Of a DNA stretch of 64,000 nucleotides, positions 1-13,500 are shown piece after piece; position 1 is the first letter of the stretch; the number at the start of each line of letters is the position of its first letter. Position numbers and translations under genes: made by a program. The stretch is from Antedon mediterranea (taxonomy: Eukaryota; Animalia; Echinodermata): assembly GCF_964355755.1 (NCBI RefSeq), contig NC_092672.1, positions 12,400,001 through 12,464,000 of the forward strand, read 5' to 3'. The notes beneath the pieces are model-generated. The model was given only the letters and a program-made list of their open reading frames with translations, was not told where the DNA came from and ran no database searches.

Positions 1-1031
1 TTATCACAAAATGAGTCCAAATTTTTGATTTGGACTCATTTAAAGAAAACCCAATTTGCGTTTTGTATGTAATATTAGGGTCGAGGGATGGGAAAGCGGA
101 TAGGTACAAAGAGGAACAATTTTTAAATATATTCTTTATCCACTCAGTAACAAAATATTTTTTTATGTTTTATACGCCTATAAATAATATACCTTTAAAT
201 ACAATAAAACATTTGCGATTTAATACTTTGTTAAAACTGTCACTGTCATAATCGATTGAAATATTAAAGTACATGTTACGATACACCACTACGACCTTTA
301 TATTGTTGGTAATTATTAATTAATACAAACAGTAGAGCCTATCCACAATCTCAGTAATAACGTTTTTTTGTATATATTTTTATATTACATCTAACAGTAC
401 GAACATTCACAGTAAGAAATGTTCGATTCAAATGAGGACCAAAAATAATTAATTACAGTATTGCAAGTTTATTCTCAAAGGGCCCATATATTTACCTACC
501 GTATATGTAAACCTAGGGCTCATAAATTTACCTACTTGTGTTAAATCAAACTCTGGCAGACTGAGAGATTGGGATGTTCCATTAATCGCAATCAATACAT
601 TTGTATAATCGTATATTAAATCTATCAAAATAGTATTTTTTAAAGAAAATCGGCCTGTCTTCAACATTATGATGCTGTACTCTAGCTGTTCAACCGGTTT
701 TCACCTATTAAAAACAATTATCGTAGGAGGAGATAGGAAAATGCGAAGCCTCCTCGCATTTTTGTGGCGGGTATTTTTCAAGATGAACATCCATTAGGCA
801 GTGTATACCACGATCGGAAAACACCCCTATTTGAGGCAAATCGTTGAACCTAAATTCGTTTTAATCGTCAATAACTAATTATCTAATTTAATTTAATTAG
901 TAAATAGGGTTACATCAGGTGGTTAAAATCAGTACCGAAAGTACGAACCAACTTTATTTACCATCGAGTAAAAATTCTAGAAGTAAGGCGCGATTTACTG
1001 AATTTTGCCCTTACGTAAATTTATATATAGA
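1..1031 (-). mobile_element. Non-autonomous Helitron, 5' portion (continues off window)
   Basis: Reverse complement of 1932-~2965, beginning TCTATATATAAATTTACG. Confidence 0.75.
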
Positions 1032-1405
1032 AGAATCTCACTAATGCCAATTTCTGTATTTTAATGAATAATTATATTACAATAGTCTACAATCACTGCA
1101 CCAAACTTACTATAAACAAGAAAACCAAATAATAACTCTATAAATGTTGTCATATTGCATTAGAGCTCCTCTAATGTTTTTAAATGGTTCAAAGAACAAA
1201 ATATTGATTCTAATATATTTTCTGATAAGGAATGTTTTGTCATGACTGTTATAGAGAACATGTATACATGATTTGAAATATATGAGCACTTCATCTATTG
1301 TAATGGTAAAAACACTATTTAACTTGTATTAAAAATGCTGTATATTGATGAAGATCATAATATATTTTATTGGTGCATGTTATAAAATATCTTTGTTATT
1401 ATTAC

Positions 1406-1562
1406 CTTTGTCCAAGCATGGCCTTTACACAGCTAGTTTTGCCGGCACCTTCTTTCCCGAGAAACATACATCTTGAATTTACAACTGCAATCTCACCATT
1501 TTCAAGTTCATTTTGAAATGATTTAATGGCTCTCTCTCCTCTAGCTAATATTTCTATTGGAA
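1406..1562 (-). CDS. Exon: start of Roc GTPase domain with P-loop
   Basis: 157 nt between tttag and gtaata. Encodes [51 protein letters not shown]: a GxxxxGKT/S motif preceded by the PxEILARG helix typical of invertebrate ROCO proteins. Confidence 0.85.
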
Positions 1563-4500
1563 CTAAATTGCAATTAAAATAAATGTAAAATATACAAAAA
1601 CAACTGTACTAATACAAATATTTTACACTTAAGAATCAATTCAACGTCATAGTTTTAAAAATGTCATTATGACAGCTCATCTTCGTCACATTGATACAGT
1701 TCAAATGTTCAGTACAATGTTCAATGTGTGTCATTAGTAATACACAGTTTAATATTCATGATGCAAAACTCAATCAAGTGTATTAATACAAACTTACTGT
1801 CAAATAACTTCAGTATCTTATTTTTATTCTCTTTGGAGATAAAATTATTACTCTTCAAAACAGATGCTGGTGTTTGTCCTTGCTATACAAAAAAAAATGT
1901 ATTAAAGTATTATCCACTGCTACTTTACTAATCTATATATAAATTTACGTAAGGGCAAAATTCGGTAAATCGCGCCTTACTTCTAGAATTTTCACTCGAT
2001 GGTATGTAAAGTTGGTTCGTACTTTCGGTACTTATTTTAACCGCCTGATGTAACCCTGTTTACTAATTAAATTGAGTTAGATAATTAGTTATTGACGATT
2101 AAAACGAATTTAGGTTCAAAGATTTGCCCCAAATAGGGGTGTTTTCCGATCGTGGTATACACTGTCTAATGGATGTCCATCTTGAAAAATACCCGCCAAA
2201 AAAATGCGAGGAGGCTTCGCATTTTTCTATCTCCTCCTACGATAATTGTTTTTAATAGCTGAAAACCGGTTGAACAGCTAGAGTACACCATCATAATGTT
2301 GAAGACAGGCCGATTTTCTTTAAAAAATACTATTTTGATAGATTTAATATACGATTATACAAATGTATTGATTTGCGATGAATGGAACATCCCAATCTCT
2401 CAGTCTGCCAGAGTTGGTTTAACACAAGTACTGTAGGTAAATTTATGAGCCCTTGGTTTAACACATACGGTAGGTAAATATATGGGCCCTTTGAGAATAA
2501 ACTTGCAATACTTTGACAATACTGTAAATACCTATTAACTATTTTTCATTTGAATCGAACATTTCTTACTGTGAATGTTCGTACTGTTAGATGTAATATA
2601 AAAATATATACAAATAAACTTTATTACTTAGACTGTGGATAGGCTCTACTGTTAGATATACAAATAAACTTTATACTGACAGTTCCTTCTCAACGTTTGT
2701 ATTAATTAATAATTACCAAAAATATAAACGTCGTAGTGGTGTATCGTGACATGTACTTTAATATTTCAATCGATTATGACAGTGACAATTTTAACAAAGT
2801 ATTAAATCGCAAATGTTTTAGGCCTACTGTATTTAGAGGTATATTATTTATAGGCCTATAAAACATGAACAAAATATTTCGTTACTCAGTGGATAAAGAA
2901 TATATTTAAAAATTGTTCCTCTTTGTACCTATCCGCTTTCCCATCCCTCAACCCTAATGTTACATAGCGAGGAGGCTTCGCATTTTCCTATCTCCTCCTA
3001 CGATAATTGTTTTTAATAGCTGAAAACCGGTTGAACAGCTAGAGTACACCATCATAATGTTGAAGACAGGCCGATTTTCTTTAAAAAAATACTATTTTGA
3101 TAGATTGCTAGAGTACACCATCATAATGTTGAAGACAGGCCGATTTTCTTTAAAAAATACTATTTTGATAGATTTAATATACGATTATACAAATGTATTG
3201 ATTTGCGATGAATGGAACATCCAGTAGTTTGGTTTAACACAAGTACTGTAGGTAAATTTATGAGCCCTTGGTTTAACACATACGGTAGGTAAATATATGG
3301 GCCCTTTGAGAATAAACTTGCAATAGGTTCGGAAAATGTTAAAAACCAATTTCTATTATTTGAATCGGTAAACAGTTTCCATTTATTATACATTGATAAT
3401 GAAACATGAAATATTCCTATTTATGTCCCTCGAGGTTCATTACTTTTTATATTTAGTAGTCCCACGGACTTCATCTTAGCCACTCCCCCGAGTGCTAAGG
3501 CCAAATTTATGATACCCTACTTTCTATGTAGTTACAGTTAGTTCTTGACGATAATAATAATACAACGAATTTAGGTTACACCCTTCGGCCGCGAAAACGT
3601 TTCTGTACAAATATGATACCGATTGGCTTTATTTCATTCAACAGCGACCATAATCTCGGCAATTACAGGATAGATAAACTATTTTATTATTGATGTGCTT
3701 ATAAATTAAGACTCATGTAAACAGCTTGATTACATCATTTTACAGACAAACGAAACTTTTTTAAACCTACTGTTTCAATAACTGAGTATAATACTGTATA
3801 CGTTTTCATAAGTAAGTGCATATACATTTTCGTGTTTTCATTGACGAGATTGTAATAGTAACTTCAGTAACTATTACAGTACTTATTTATTATACGACAC
3901 AAGACAATTGTATCTGACAGGTACGTACATTATTCTAAAAAATAAGTCTAGATAGATCCCTTAGGCGTCATAAATCACAGGCCAACAAATCAGTACTCAT
4001 GACAGAAATTCGACCCAGTTTGGTTCACACAAATGTTTACAGGAAGTTCAACACCACAACCGATGATTTGCCCTAAATATTTAGGTAGACTACAGTTTAA
4101 TTTTTCACTGAATAGGAGCTTGAATTTCCGATTTCCATTTCGCAGAATGTCTAGGTCTATTTATTTAGTTTGGTTCTTATAATATATAAATACAATCAAC
4201 TTTATTACTGCGGTTCCATCACCACCACCACGTGCTGCCGCCCAATTCCCGTACATACATTTCCATTTCTCCCTAATTTCTTTAATCCACATAAATTAAT
4301 TGTCCTTTATGGAATCCAGTATTGGTTTTGTTGTCTCTATTTCTGAATACCCCAATTAGGGGGACACTTCCGTTTTTGTTTAGTGTCCCAAAAAAGTCCC
4401 CGTCCGTGGATTCTACTGTATTCGAGAACCATCTGTGAGCACCCCTAGATGGTACGCGAGCGAAGCGAGCGTGCCATCTAGTACTAGTAATTTACATTAT

Positions 4501-7500
4501 GATTGTAATAAACACATTCCTAGGCTAACAGTGTGCACACACGCAAACATGACACAATCTGAGTACCTTTGCACTAACCAACTACAACACTACTCACCAT
4601 TTAATATTTAATGTGATTGAATACACTTTAAAAATGCAATTGAAAAATATTATAAAAGAATAGTCGATACTGATTAAATGTACATGTAATTATCGCATCT
4701 ATGAGAATTTACCACCAGGCTAACATAATGGCTTTAAATAATATTGGCGCCCTTTCTGATATTCTTTGACTCCATCAAGATGATGATTACTGTGTATAAG
4801 TTAACAAAATATTTGTAATATTTGAAGTTAATAACATACTCCTAATCACAATATGAGTATACCTTGGATATACGCGTAATGGTTTGCTTAAGAAGCACAA
4901 TTTAAAAATGCAAATGCAATTTTGAATTAATTGACGGTACCTTGTTTCTTGCTTTAAGTGATGCTCCAAGAGCTATGAGACTGTTCACTATTTCTAAATT
5001 ACCACCAAACAAAACGTGTTCATGTAACGTTGTGTTTCCCTCCAGGAAAGCAGAAAGGTTTTATGTATTATAATATACATTTTACACTTTAGATACTAGA
5101 ACTAAGGTTTAAACACATTTAATATTGTATTCATGCTCCTACCATTATAACAGGCAATTAACTACTGCTGCATATAGTTATTGTATAGGCCTAATTTGCT
5201 TCGCGTGGGCTACTCGTCTTTCAGTAGGTAACTTCGATTATCATCAATGCTAAATCGTCAGGCTTGCGCCCGGGAATGGGTCCGACGGATGCACACCCGG
5301 GAATGTGTCAGGTGGGTGTAGGCGATTATGCACAAGTCCAATTATTTAAACTGGAGAAATGCGTCTGGCAGGTGGACAGCAGGGAGCGAGTCCAACGGAT
5401 GTAATTCCGTGATTGCAAGCATATATGTCTATCGATTATAGAATGAAAGTTATATGATAAATCTGAATAGGGGTAAAAAATTGACTTCAGTAATGTAAAC
5501 GGGGTCCCATCGTTTTATTATAAGCCATGGGCACGCATAATGATTTAAACATCATACACATAAGAGCCATTACTCGTTCGGCATCAAAGTCCGCATGGTC
5601 TATGGTCAAGAAATTGTCACAATTTACTTGACCAAGTAAATGGAGTATGTTGTTAATTGTCTACGACATTAGACCACAATATAACAGTACTGTAAATAAT
5701 ACAACTAATTGATTTTAATTGGGACGTGGAGCAATGAACATACTTTTGAAAGTATTGGTATTAGCGTCTTGTTAAATGACACAGCTAATGATGTTTAAAA
5801 TACTTATATTTACTTTGATAAATAAACTTTTTACACAATGAAAATAAATTAAACAAACACAAGGTTTGTTTATACGGGAGCTCATTTAGATTAACTTTTA
5901 TTGCTAACTGACACAAAATAATAACATTAATCATTTTTTAAACCATTGTAAAAGAGCAATTTACACTGTTTGTTGCTGTGATTGAAGCTCCATGAGCTAT
6001 GAGACTGTTCACTATCTCTCCATTACCGTCCCCAGACTTAACGTGTATATGTAGCGGTGTGTTTCCTCTCTGGAAAGAAGAAAGTTATATTAAACTTGAC
6101 GCATTTTTTTACAGATATTCTTATATTACATATTTATCCTTGCCTCAAGATTAAACTTGAGGCATTATTATACATATTTATCCTTTTCTATATTCATTTT
6201 GTAGTTCATTTAGAGTGATTGTAAATTATATAAAACGAGCTGGTATTAAGAAAATATAAAGAACTTGCTGATTTTAATTATTATAATACAGAGAGTTAGC
6301 ACTGAACACATTTTAAAGTATTACTTTAGCGTCTTGTTTGATCTAAATTGCTACAGCTACACGATTTTTAAGATATTTTACATTGTTTGTTGCTGTGATT
6401 GATGCTCCGTGAGCTATGAGACTGTTCACTATCTCTACATTACCACAGACAAACTCAACGTGTTCATGTAGCGGTGTGTTTCCCTTCTGGAAAGAAGAAA
6501 GTTAGATTAAACTTGACGCATTTTTTTTCAAGAATACAGATATTATTATATTACATATTTTTCTTTTCTATATTTCAGTTTGTAGTTCAATGAGAGTGAC
6601 TGTAATTTATATAGAAAGACCTGGTATTAAGAAAAGAATACAACTTGCTGATTTTAATTATTATAATACAGAGGGGTTAGCACTGAACACATTTTAAAAG
6701 TATTAATGTATCGTTTTGTTCAATCTAAAACGCTACAGCTACACGATTTTTAATGTATTTTAAATTGTAATTTTGCTTTGATAATAACTATACATTTATC
6801 CAATGAAAACACATTAAACGAATCTGGGGTTTGTTTATAACGGGAGATAATGTAAATTAAGTTGTAGTGTTAACTAATACGAATAATTACGTTATTGATT
6901 TTTAAATCATGGTAAAAGAGTAATTTACATTGTTTGTTGATGTGATTGATGCTCCGTGAGCTATCAGACTGTATTATTATATTATTACATATTTATCCTT
7001 TTCTATATTTCATTTTTTAGTTCATTGAGAGTGAATGTAAATTATATAGAAAAATCTGGTATTAAGAAAATAATAAAACTTGCTGATTTTAATTATTATA
7101 ATACAGAAGGGTTAGCAATGAACACATTTTAAAAGTATTGATTTAGCGTCTTGTTCTATCTAAAACACTACAGCTACACGATTTTAGTATATTTAAAATT
7201 GTATTTTTGCTTTGATAATAACTATACATTGATTCCAATGAAACACACAATACACGAATCTAGAGTTTGCTTATAACAGGACACAATTTAAAATGACTTG
7301 TAATGTTAAGTAATACGAATAATTACGTTAATGATTTTCAAATCATTTTAAAAGAGTAATTTACATTGTTTGTTGCTTTGATGGATGCTCCGTGAGCTAT
7401 GATACTGTTCACTATCTCTACATTACCATGGCCAACCCTAACGTGTTCATGTAGCGGTGTGTTTCCATTCTGGAAAGAAGAAAGTTAGAATAAACTTGAG

Positions 7501-10500
7501 CCATTTTTTTCAAGAATACAGGTAGTATTATATTACTTTTTTTTCTATATTTCATTTTGTAATTCATTGAGAGTGACTGTAAATTATATAGAAAGACCTG
7601 GTATTAAGAAAATAATACAACTTGCTGATTAAAATTATTATAATACAGACGGGCTAGCAATGAACACATTTTAAAAGTATTAATTTAGCGTCTTGTTCAA
7701 TTTAAAATGTTACAGCTATTCTATTTTTAATATATTTTAAATTTTATTTTTGGTTTGATAATAACTATACATTTTTTCCAATGAAAAACACATTAAACGA
7801 ATCTAGGGTTTGTTTATAACGGTAGATAATGTAAATTTACTTGTGGTGTTAACTAATGCGAATAATTACGTTAATGATTTTTAAATCAATTTAAAAGAGT
7901 AATTTACATTGTCTGTTGCTGTGATTGATGCTCCGTGAGCAATGAGACTGTTCAATATCTCTACATTACCACAGCCTCGCAAAACGTGTTTATGTAGCGG
8001 TATGTTTCCATCCTGGAAAGAAGAAAGTTAGAATAAACTTGAGCCATTTTTTTCAAGAATACAGGTAGTATTATATTACTTTTTTTTTCTATATTTCATT
8101 TTGTAATTCATTGAGAGTGACTGTAAATTATATAGAAAGACCTGGTATTAAGAAAATAATACAACTTGCTGATCTTAATTATTATAATACAGAGGGTTAG
8201 CAATGAACACATTATAAAAGTATTAATTTAACGTCTTGTTCGATCTCTAAAACGCTACAGCTACACGATTTTTAATATATTTTAAATTGTATTTTTGCTT
8301 AGATAATAACTATACATTTTTACAATGAAAAACACAATAAACGAATCTAGGGTTTGCTTATAACGGGAGAGATAATGTAAATTAACTTGTAGTGTTAACT
8401 AATACAAATAATTACGTTATTGCTTTTTAAATCATTGTATAAGAGTAATTTATATGGCAAGCCTCAGCTGTCTGAAGTATTCAAAATATTATATTATTAT
8501 ATCATTTTTTATTATATTATATATTGTATTGTAATGAATTTTACGTTTTGCGTTATATTACTTGGTTTTAGCATTATATTATATCTATTTCTAATATATT
8601 ATGTGAAAAATGTAACAAATTATTGACTTTTTGTATTATATTATTCGGTTTTGGCATTATATTATGAACATTTACTATTATATTATTAATAAAATACCTT
8701 ATATTATAATATAATTGTATTATATTAAACGCATTTACTTTACTTTATAACATACAACATTATTTATTATTATTTTATATGATATTTATTATACGTCACG
8801 GCTTATTTCAGTTCTTCTAACTCTTTCTCTCCCTCCCCCTGTTCACTAGCAATCAGCGGCAGAATCTGAATTGTGTGACTGTCGAAGGATAACTATTATC
8901 TTTACTAAGTACTAGGCCTAGCCTAGGGCCTAGGCCTACCAGGGGATCTAGCCTAGACGTAGCTAGTTAGACAAGTGACCAAGGACCACCGGACAGCTAC
9001 AACTAATACTACAATACAATAATACTACTACAAACAATAACTACTACTGCTACTACCTAGGCCTAGCTAGTAGAGTAGGTAGCTACGGATCCGGTAGCTA
9101 CTACTAGGCTCGTAGAGCGTATGTATGATATATTAACTACTAGTACTAGGCCTAGGCTAGGCCTACTAGTACTAGGCTAGGCCTAGACTTAAGTTGTAGT
9201 AGTCTAGAGCCGGGCCTGCTGCCTTAGGCTAGGCTACTACTACTACTACTAGGCAGCCAGCCCATGATGGGTACGAGTAAGCCAAAATTTTGGATATAAA
9301 TAAACCAAAATTTGGGTACGAGCGAGTTGGCATTGGTACGGGTTGACCTGTATCATTCTAGCTAATCGTACTAGGCCTAGGCCTCAAGTAAGTCTACGCT
9401 ACCCAGTCCGGCTACAATATGGTCTATTTTGTTTTATAGCTTTATTCATAGCTGGGTTCAAATCTGGGTTGGGACGGCTTTTTCTCATTCTAAAACTCAT
9501 TTCCTTCTCATAATAAAATAATATATGAATTTATTTGTAATATTGTAATGTATACATAATATAAGTAGGCCCTAATTGACATTGCATTTATTATTATTAA
9601 TTATATATTATACGGTTACCCCTTAATTATACTATAGTATAATTTCCTTGTTATATTTTACAATATTTTCTTCATAATTCTACAATTTTGTCTTTCACAG
9701 CACAAATTTATCATACTGAATCATCACACACCAAGTCTCATAAATCTCTACTGTATTTGTCCAAGCTACTCCAGCTACATGGTATTGCCTTGAGGCTAAA
9801 CTACACGGTATACTGGCACTACCATCATTCCTGGCTCGTCAACCTGGACCACATAAGCGCAGTTTCAGTTTCAGTTTATTTACCATTTCAATTTATGAAC
9901 ATAAGAGATGAACAACTTATATGGATGGATAACCGTAAGAGCGAAGCTCGTTTACCGGTCACCCGTTAGTGCAGTGGCTTTACAGACAACATAAAGACAG
10001 GACAAAGGTGCAATACATAACAAGACATGTGAACACTTGTGTTTGCAACCTCTTGGATAAAATTAGAAAGTTAGATATTATATTTCTTTTTGATCATACA
10101 ATGATAATTTTTAAATTACTTCTTAAGAAGTAATACTACTGATTCAAAATACTGTAGTGACTTACACCCTTTGGTCAAGGCTTTATTTGCTCTTATGCTT
10201 ATTTCCTCCAACATACAGAGTACATAGGACTTTTTTTATTCATAACTGTTGAATTGTTTCCCAATACATAGTACCTATTGGTATTATATCTAAAAATACA
10301 AAGGCGGCTAACACAGATAGTTCCATATATACAGTACACTTTTTTAAATAGATGTATCTCTCCAAACTACTCCCAACTACCTAATCTAATTATTACAGTC
10401 ATTAAAGTACATTATTACAGAGATTTTTTTTTTGTGCAGAATTCAAAGTTATGTGTATAGAAAGCAGTACTCGTATTAAAAACTAAGCAGGTTCCAGATC

Positions 10501-13500
10501 TTGAACGCAAACTGGCAGGATATTTTTTATTCTTGAAATGAATTGAATCCTAACTTAATTTTCTACGAACTGGAGACGAAGACATATTATGACCCTTTTA
10601 TTTAAATTCATTTGAATAGACCTCCATGTAAAGTCATTAAAGGCTACATGATTGTTTTATATTTTAATATGTGATAGTAGAAAATCATTGTGTATAATGA
10701 GGACTATGAATCTGATATTTACTTGCATTCTCATCTTTTTAAATTATTATTTATAATGCTGGTAATGAGTTTAAAATTTAATTATATTGACTATTTTTGA
10801 TAATCATCATGTCCTTATAAATGTATTTATATTTCTTTTGTGTAATATAGTTCATATATTATGTATTAATTAAATTGGTAAGGCCCTATATTGTTATTAT
10901 TTAAGGAAAGTTTATATACACTATTATTTAAATGCCTACCAATATTAGTATTAATTGTTTATGTAAATATTTTGTCTAATTGTCTTGATTTTTTGTATAG
11001 GCCAATGGCATCAATGTTTTTCTCAACGCAAATTAGCCTAATAATGCCATATTTAGACACATGATTCATTGATTTCTGATATTCTGTACTTGTGTATGCA
11101 TTACTAAAATAGTAGTTAATATATTTTATAATGTATGTATAAACATATATTCATATTTCTTTAAACATTTTTAAATTTAAAAATTATTATAATACCTATC
11201 TACCTTTCTGATATTGTTACTATTATATAATATTTTTTGAGGCAGCAATAAAAAAAATTAAAACAGTTAATTTGACTTATACTGTACTATGTTAGTTCAG
11301 GAGATGAAGTGTGTGTGGGCAGAAACTAGTGTGTTGGAAGTTGGTGGTGTGAGGTGTATAGTTGTCACTTTAAGACCTAAATTAGATGTTTTCTGAAGAA
11401 AAGAAGTAAGCGGATACGCTTTCAAACAACTCCAAGAAGATTCACACAAAAAAAATTACTTTCCAATAAAATAGTATAACAGTGTATATTACAGTACATT
11501 GAATAAACTCGAGCGGAATAATAACGCACATAAAAAAAACATTCATTTTCTTGTCGAAAAGTGCCCTCTCTGGTTTTCTATTAATTTATTAATAATTATT
11601 ATTAATTGATGAGTAATATGAACATATTTTTAACATTCAATGCTGGAAGCTGGTTCTACTCCTAACAAAGTTTCATACCTCCAAATTTCATCAACGTATT
11701 CAAAGCACTTCAATATTAAATATCACATTTAACATAAAAAATTCGGGTTTTGGATAGAATTTTCCTTAAAAACATATACAAAAAACATCGATAAAAAATA
11801 CTTTTCGTGTTCAAAAACATTTGATACTTGGTATAAATGTTCACTATAGGTTGCTCTATTCACAGAAACAAAATTGCATTCATGAACGTTTTTTTGTTGG
11901 TTGTGTTTTCAAAATAGTTGTTAGCTTGAAAAAAATGAGTTGGAATTGTATGGTCTTTCATAAGTGTACATTTTGTAAAAACGTAAATTTAAAAAATCAG
12001 TGATATGGCTTGATAGTTATTTTTTTTTTGCAATATGGATGCAACCTATATTGAACATTTATACCAAGTATCAAATGTTTTTGAATACGAAAAGTATTTT
12101 TTATCGATGTTTTTTGTATATGTTTTTAAGCAAAATTATATCCAAAACCTGAATTTGTAATGTTAAATGTAATTTATTTAAGTGCTTTGAATACGTTGAT
12201 GACATTTGGAGATATGAAACTTTGTTAGCAGTAGATACAGTTTCCAGCATTAAATTTTAAAAATATGTTTATATTACTCATTAATTGATAATACTTATTA
12301 ATAAATTAATAGAAAACTAGAGAGGGCACTTTTCGACAAGAAAATGAATGTTTTTTATGTGCGTTATTATTCCGCTCGAGTTTATTCAATGTACTGTAAT
12401 ATACACTGTTATACTATTTTATTGGAAAGTAATTATTTTTGTGTGAATCTTCTTGGAGTTGTTTGAAAGCGTATCCGCTTACTTCTTTTCTTCAGAAAAC
12501 ATCTAATTTAGGTCTTAAAGTGACAACTATACACCTCACACCACCAACCTCCAACACACTAGTTTCTGCCAACACACACTTCATCTCCTGAACTAACATA
12601 GTACAGTATAAGTCAAATAAATTTTTTTTTTTTATTGCTGCCTCAAAAAATATTATATAATAGTAACAATATCAGAAAGGTAGATAGGTATTGTAATAAT
12701 TTTTAAAATTTAAAAATGTTTAAAAAAATATGAATATATGTTTATACATACATTATAAATGAAATATATTAACTACTATTTTAGTAATGCATACACAAGT
12801 ACAGAATATCAGAAATCAATGAATCATGTGTCTAAATGTGGCATTATTAGGCTAATTTGCTTTGAGAAAAACATTGATGCCATTGGCCTATACAAAAATC
12901 AAGGCAATTAGACAAAATATTTACATAAACAATTAATACTAATATTGGTAGGCATAAAATAATAGTGTATATAAACTTTCCTTAAATAATAACAGTATAG
13001 GGCCTTACCAATTTATTTAATACATAAAATATGAACTATATTACACAAAAAAAGTATAAATGAATTTATAAGGACATGATGATTATCAAAAATAGTCAAT
13101 ATAATTAAATTTTAAACTCATTACCGGCATTATAAATAATATTTTAAAAAGATAAGAATGCAAGTAAATATCAGATTCATAGTCCTCATTATACACAATG
13201 ATTTCCTACTATCACATATTAAAATATAAAACAATCATGTAGCCTTTAATGACTTTACATGGAGGTCTATTCAAATAAATTTAAATAAAAGGGTCATAAT
13301 ATGTCTTCGTCTCCATTTCGTGGAAATTGAAGTTAGGATTCCATCATTTCAACAACAAAAAATATTCAAAATATTCTGCCAGTTTGCAATCAAGACCTGC
13401 AACCTGCTTAGTTTTTAATACGAGTACTGCTTTCTATACACATAACTTTGATTTCTGCCAAAAAAAAAACAACTCTGTAATAATGTACTTTAATTACTGT

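Larger units (their letters stand above)
5650..8452 (-). repeat. Tandem exon+intron units of ~540 bp
   Basis: The same intron sequence recurs between ankyrin exons (7365 to 7908 = 543 bp). Further pieces lie at 15678-15948, 19499-19652 and 40086-~40340. Start coordinate is approximate. Confidence 0.9.

Noticed and set aside
4598-4755. Possible extra ankyrin-like exon with cag/gtgagt borders on the minus strand
   Set aside because: The expected frame has a stop and the length (158 nt) breaks phase; at most a decayed relic.
5965-8012. CRISPR-like or DGR-like reading of conserved repeats with variable cores
   Set aside because: The repeats are spliceosomal exons with introns. The variation is not adenine-specific, there are no cas genes, and nearby RTs are ordinary LINE/Gypsy enzymes.
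8905-9260. CTAG/TAC-rich low-complexity tract with many short palindromes
   Set aside because: Slippage-type simple sequence inside the foldback arms; no independent function evident.
9688-9969. 93-aa ORF present four times (also 14068, 21864, 29432)
   Set aside because: It is repeated only because it lies in the foldback arms. It starts at TTG and has no recognisable domain.
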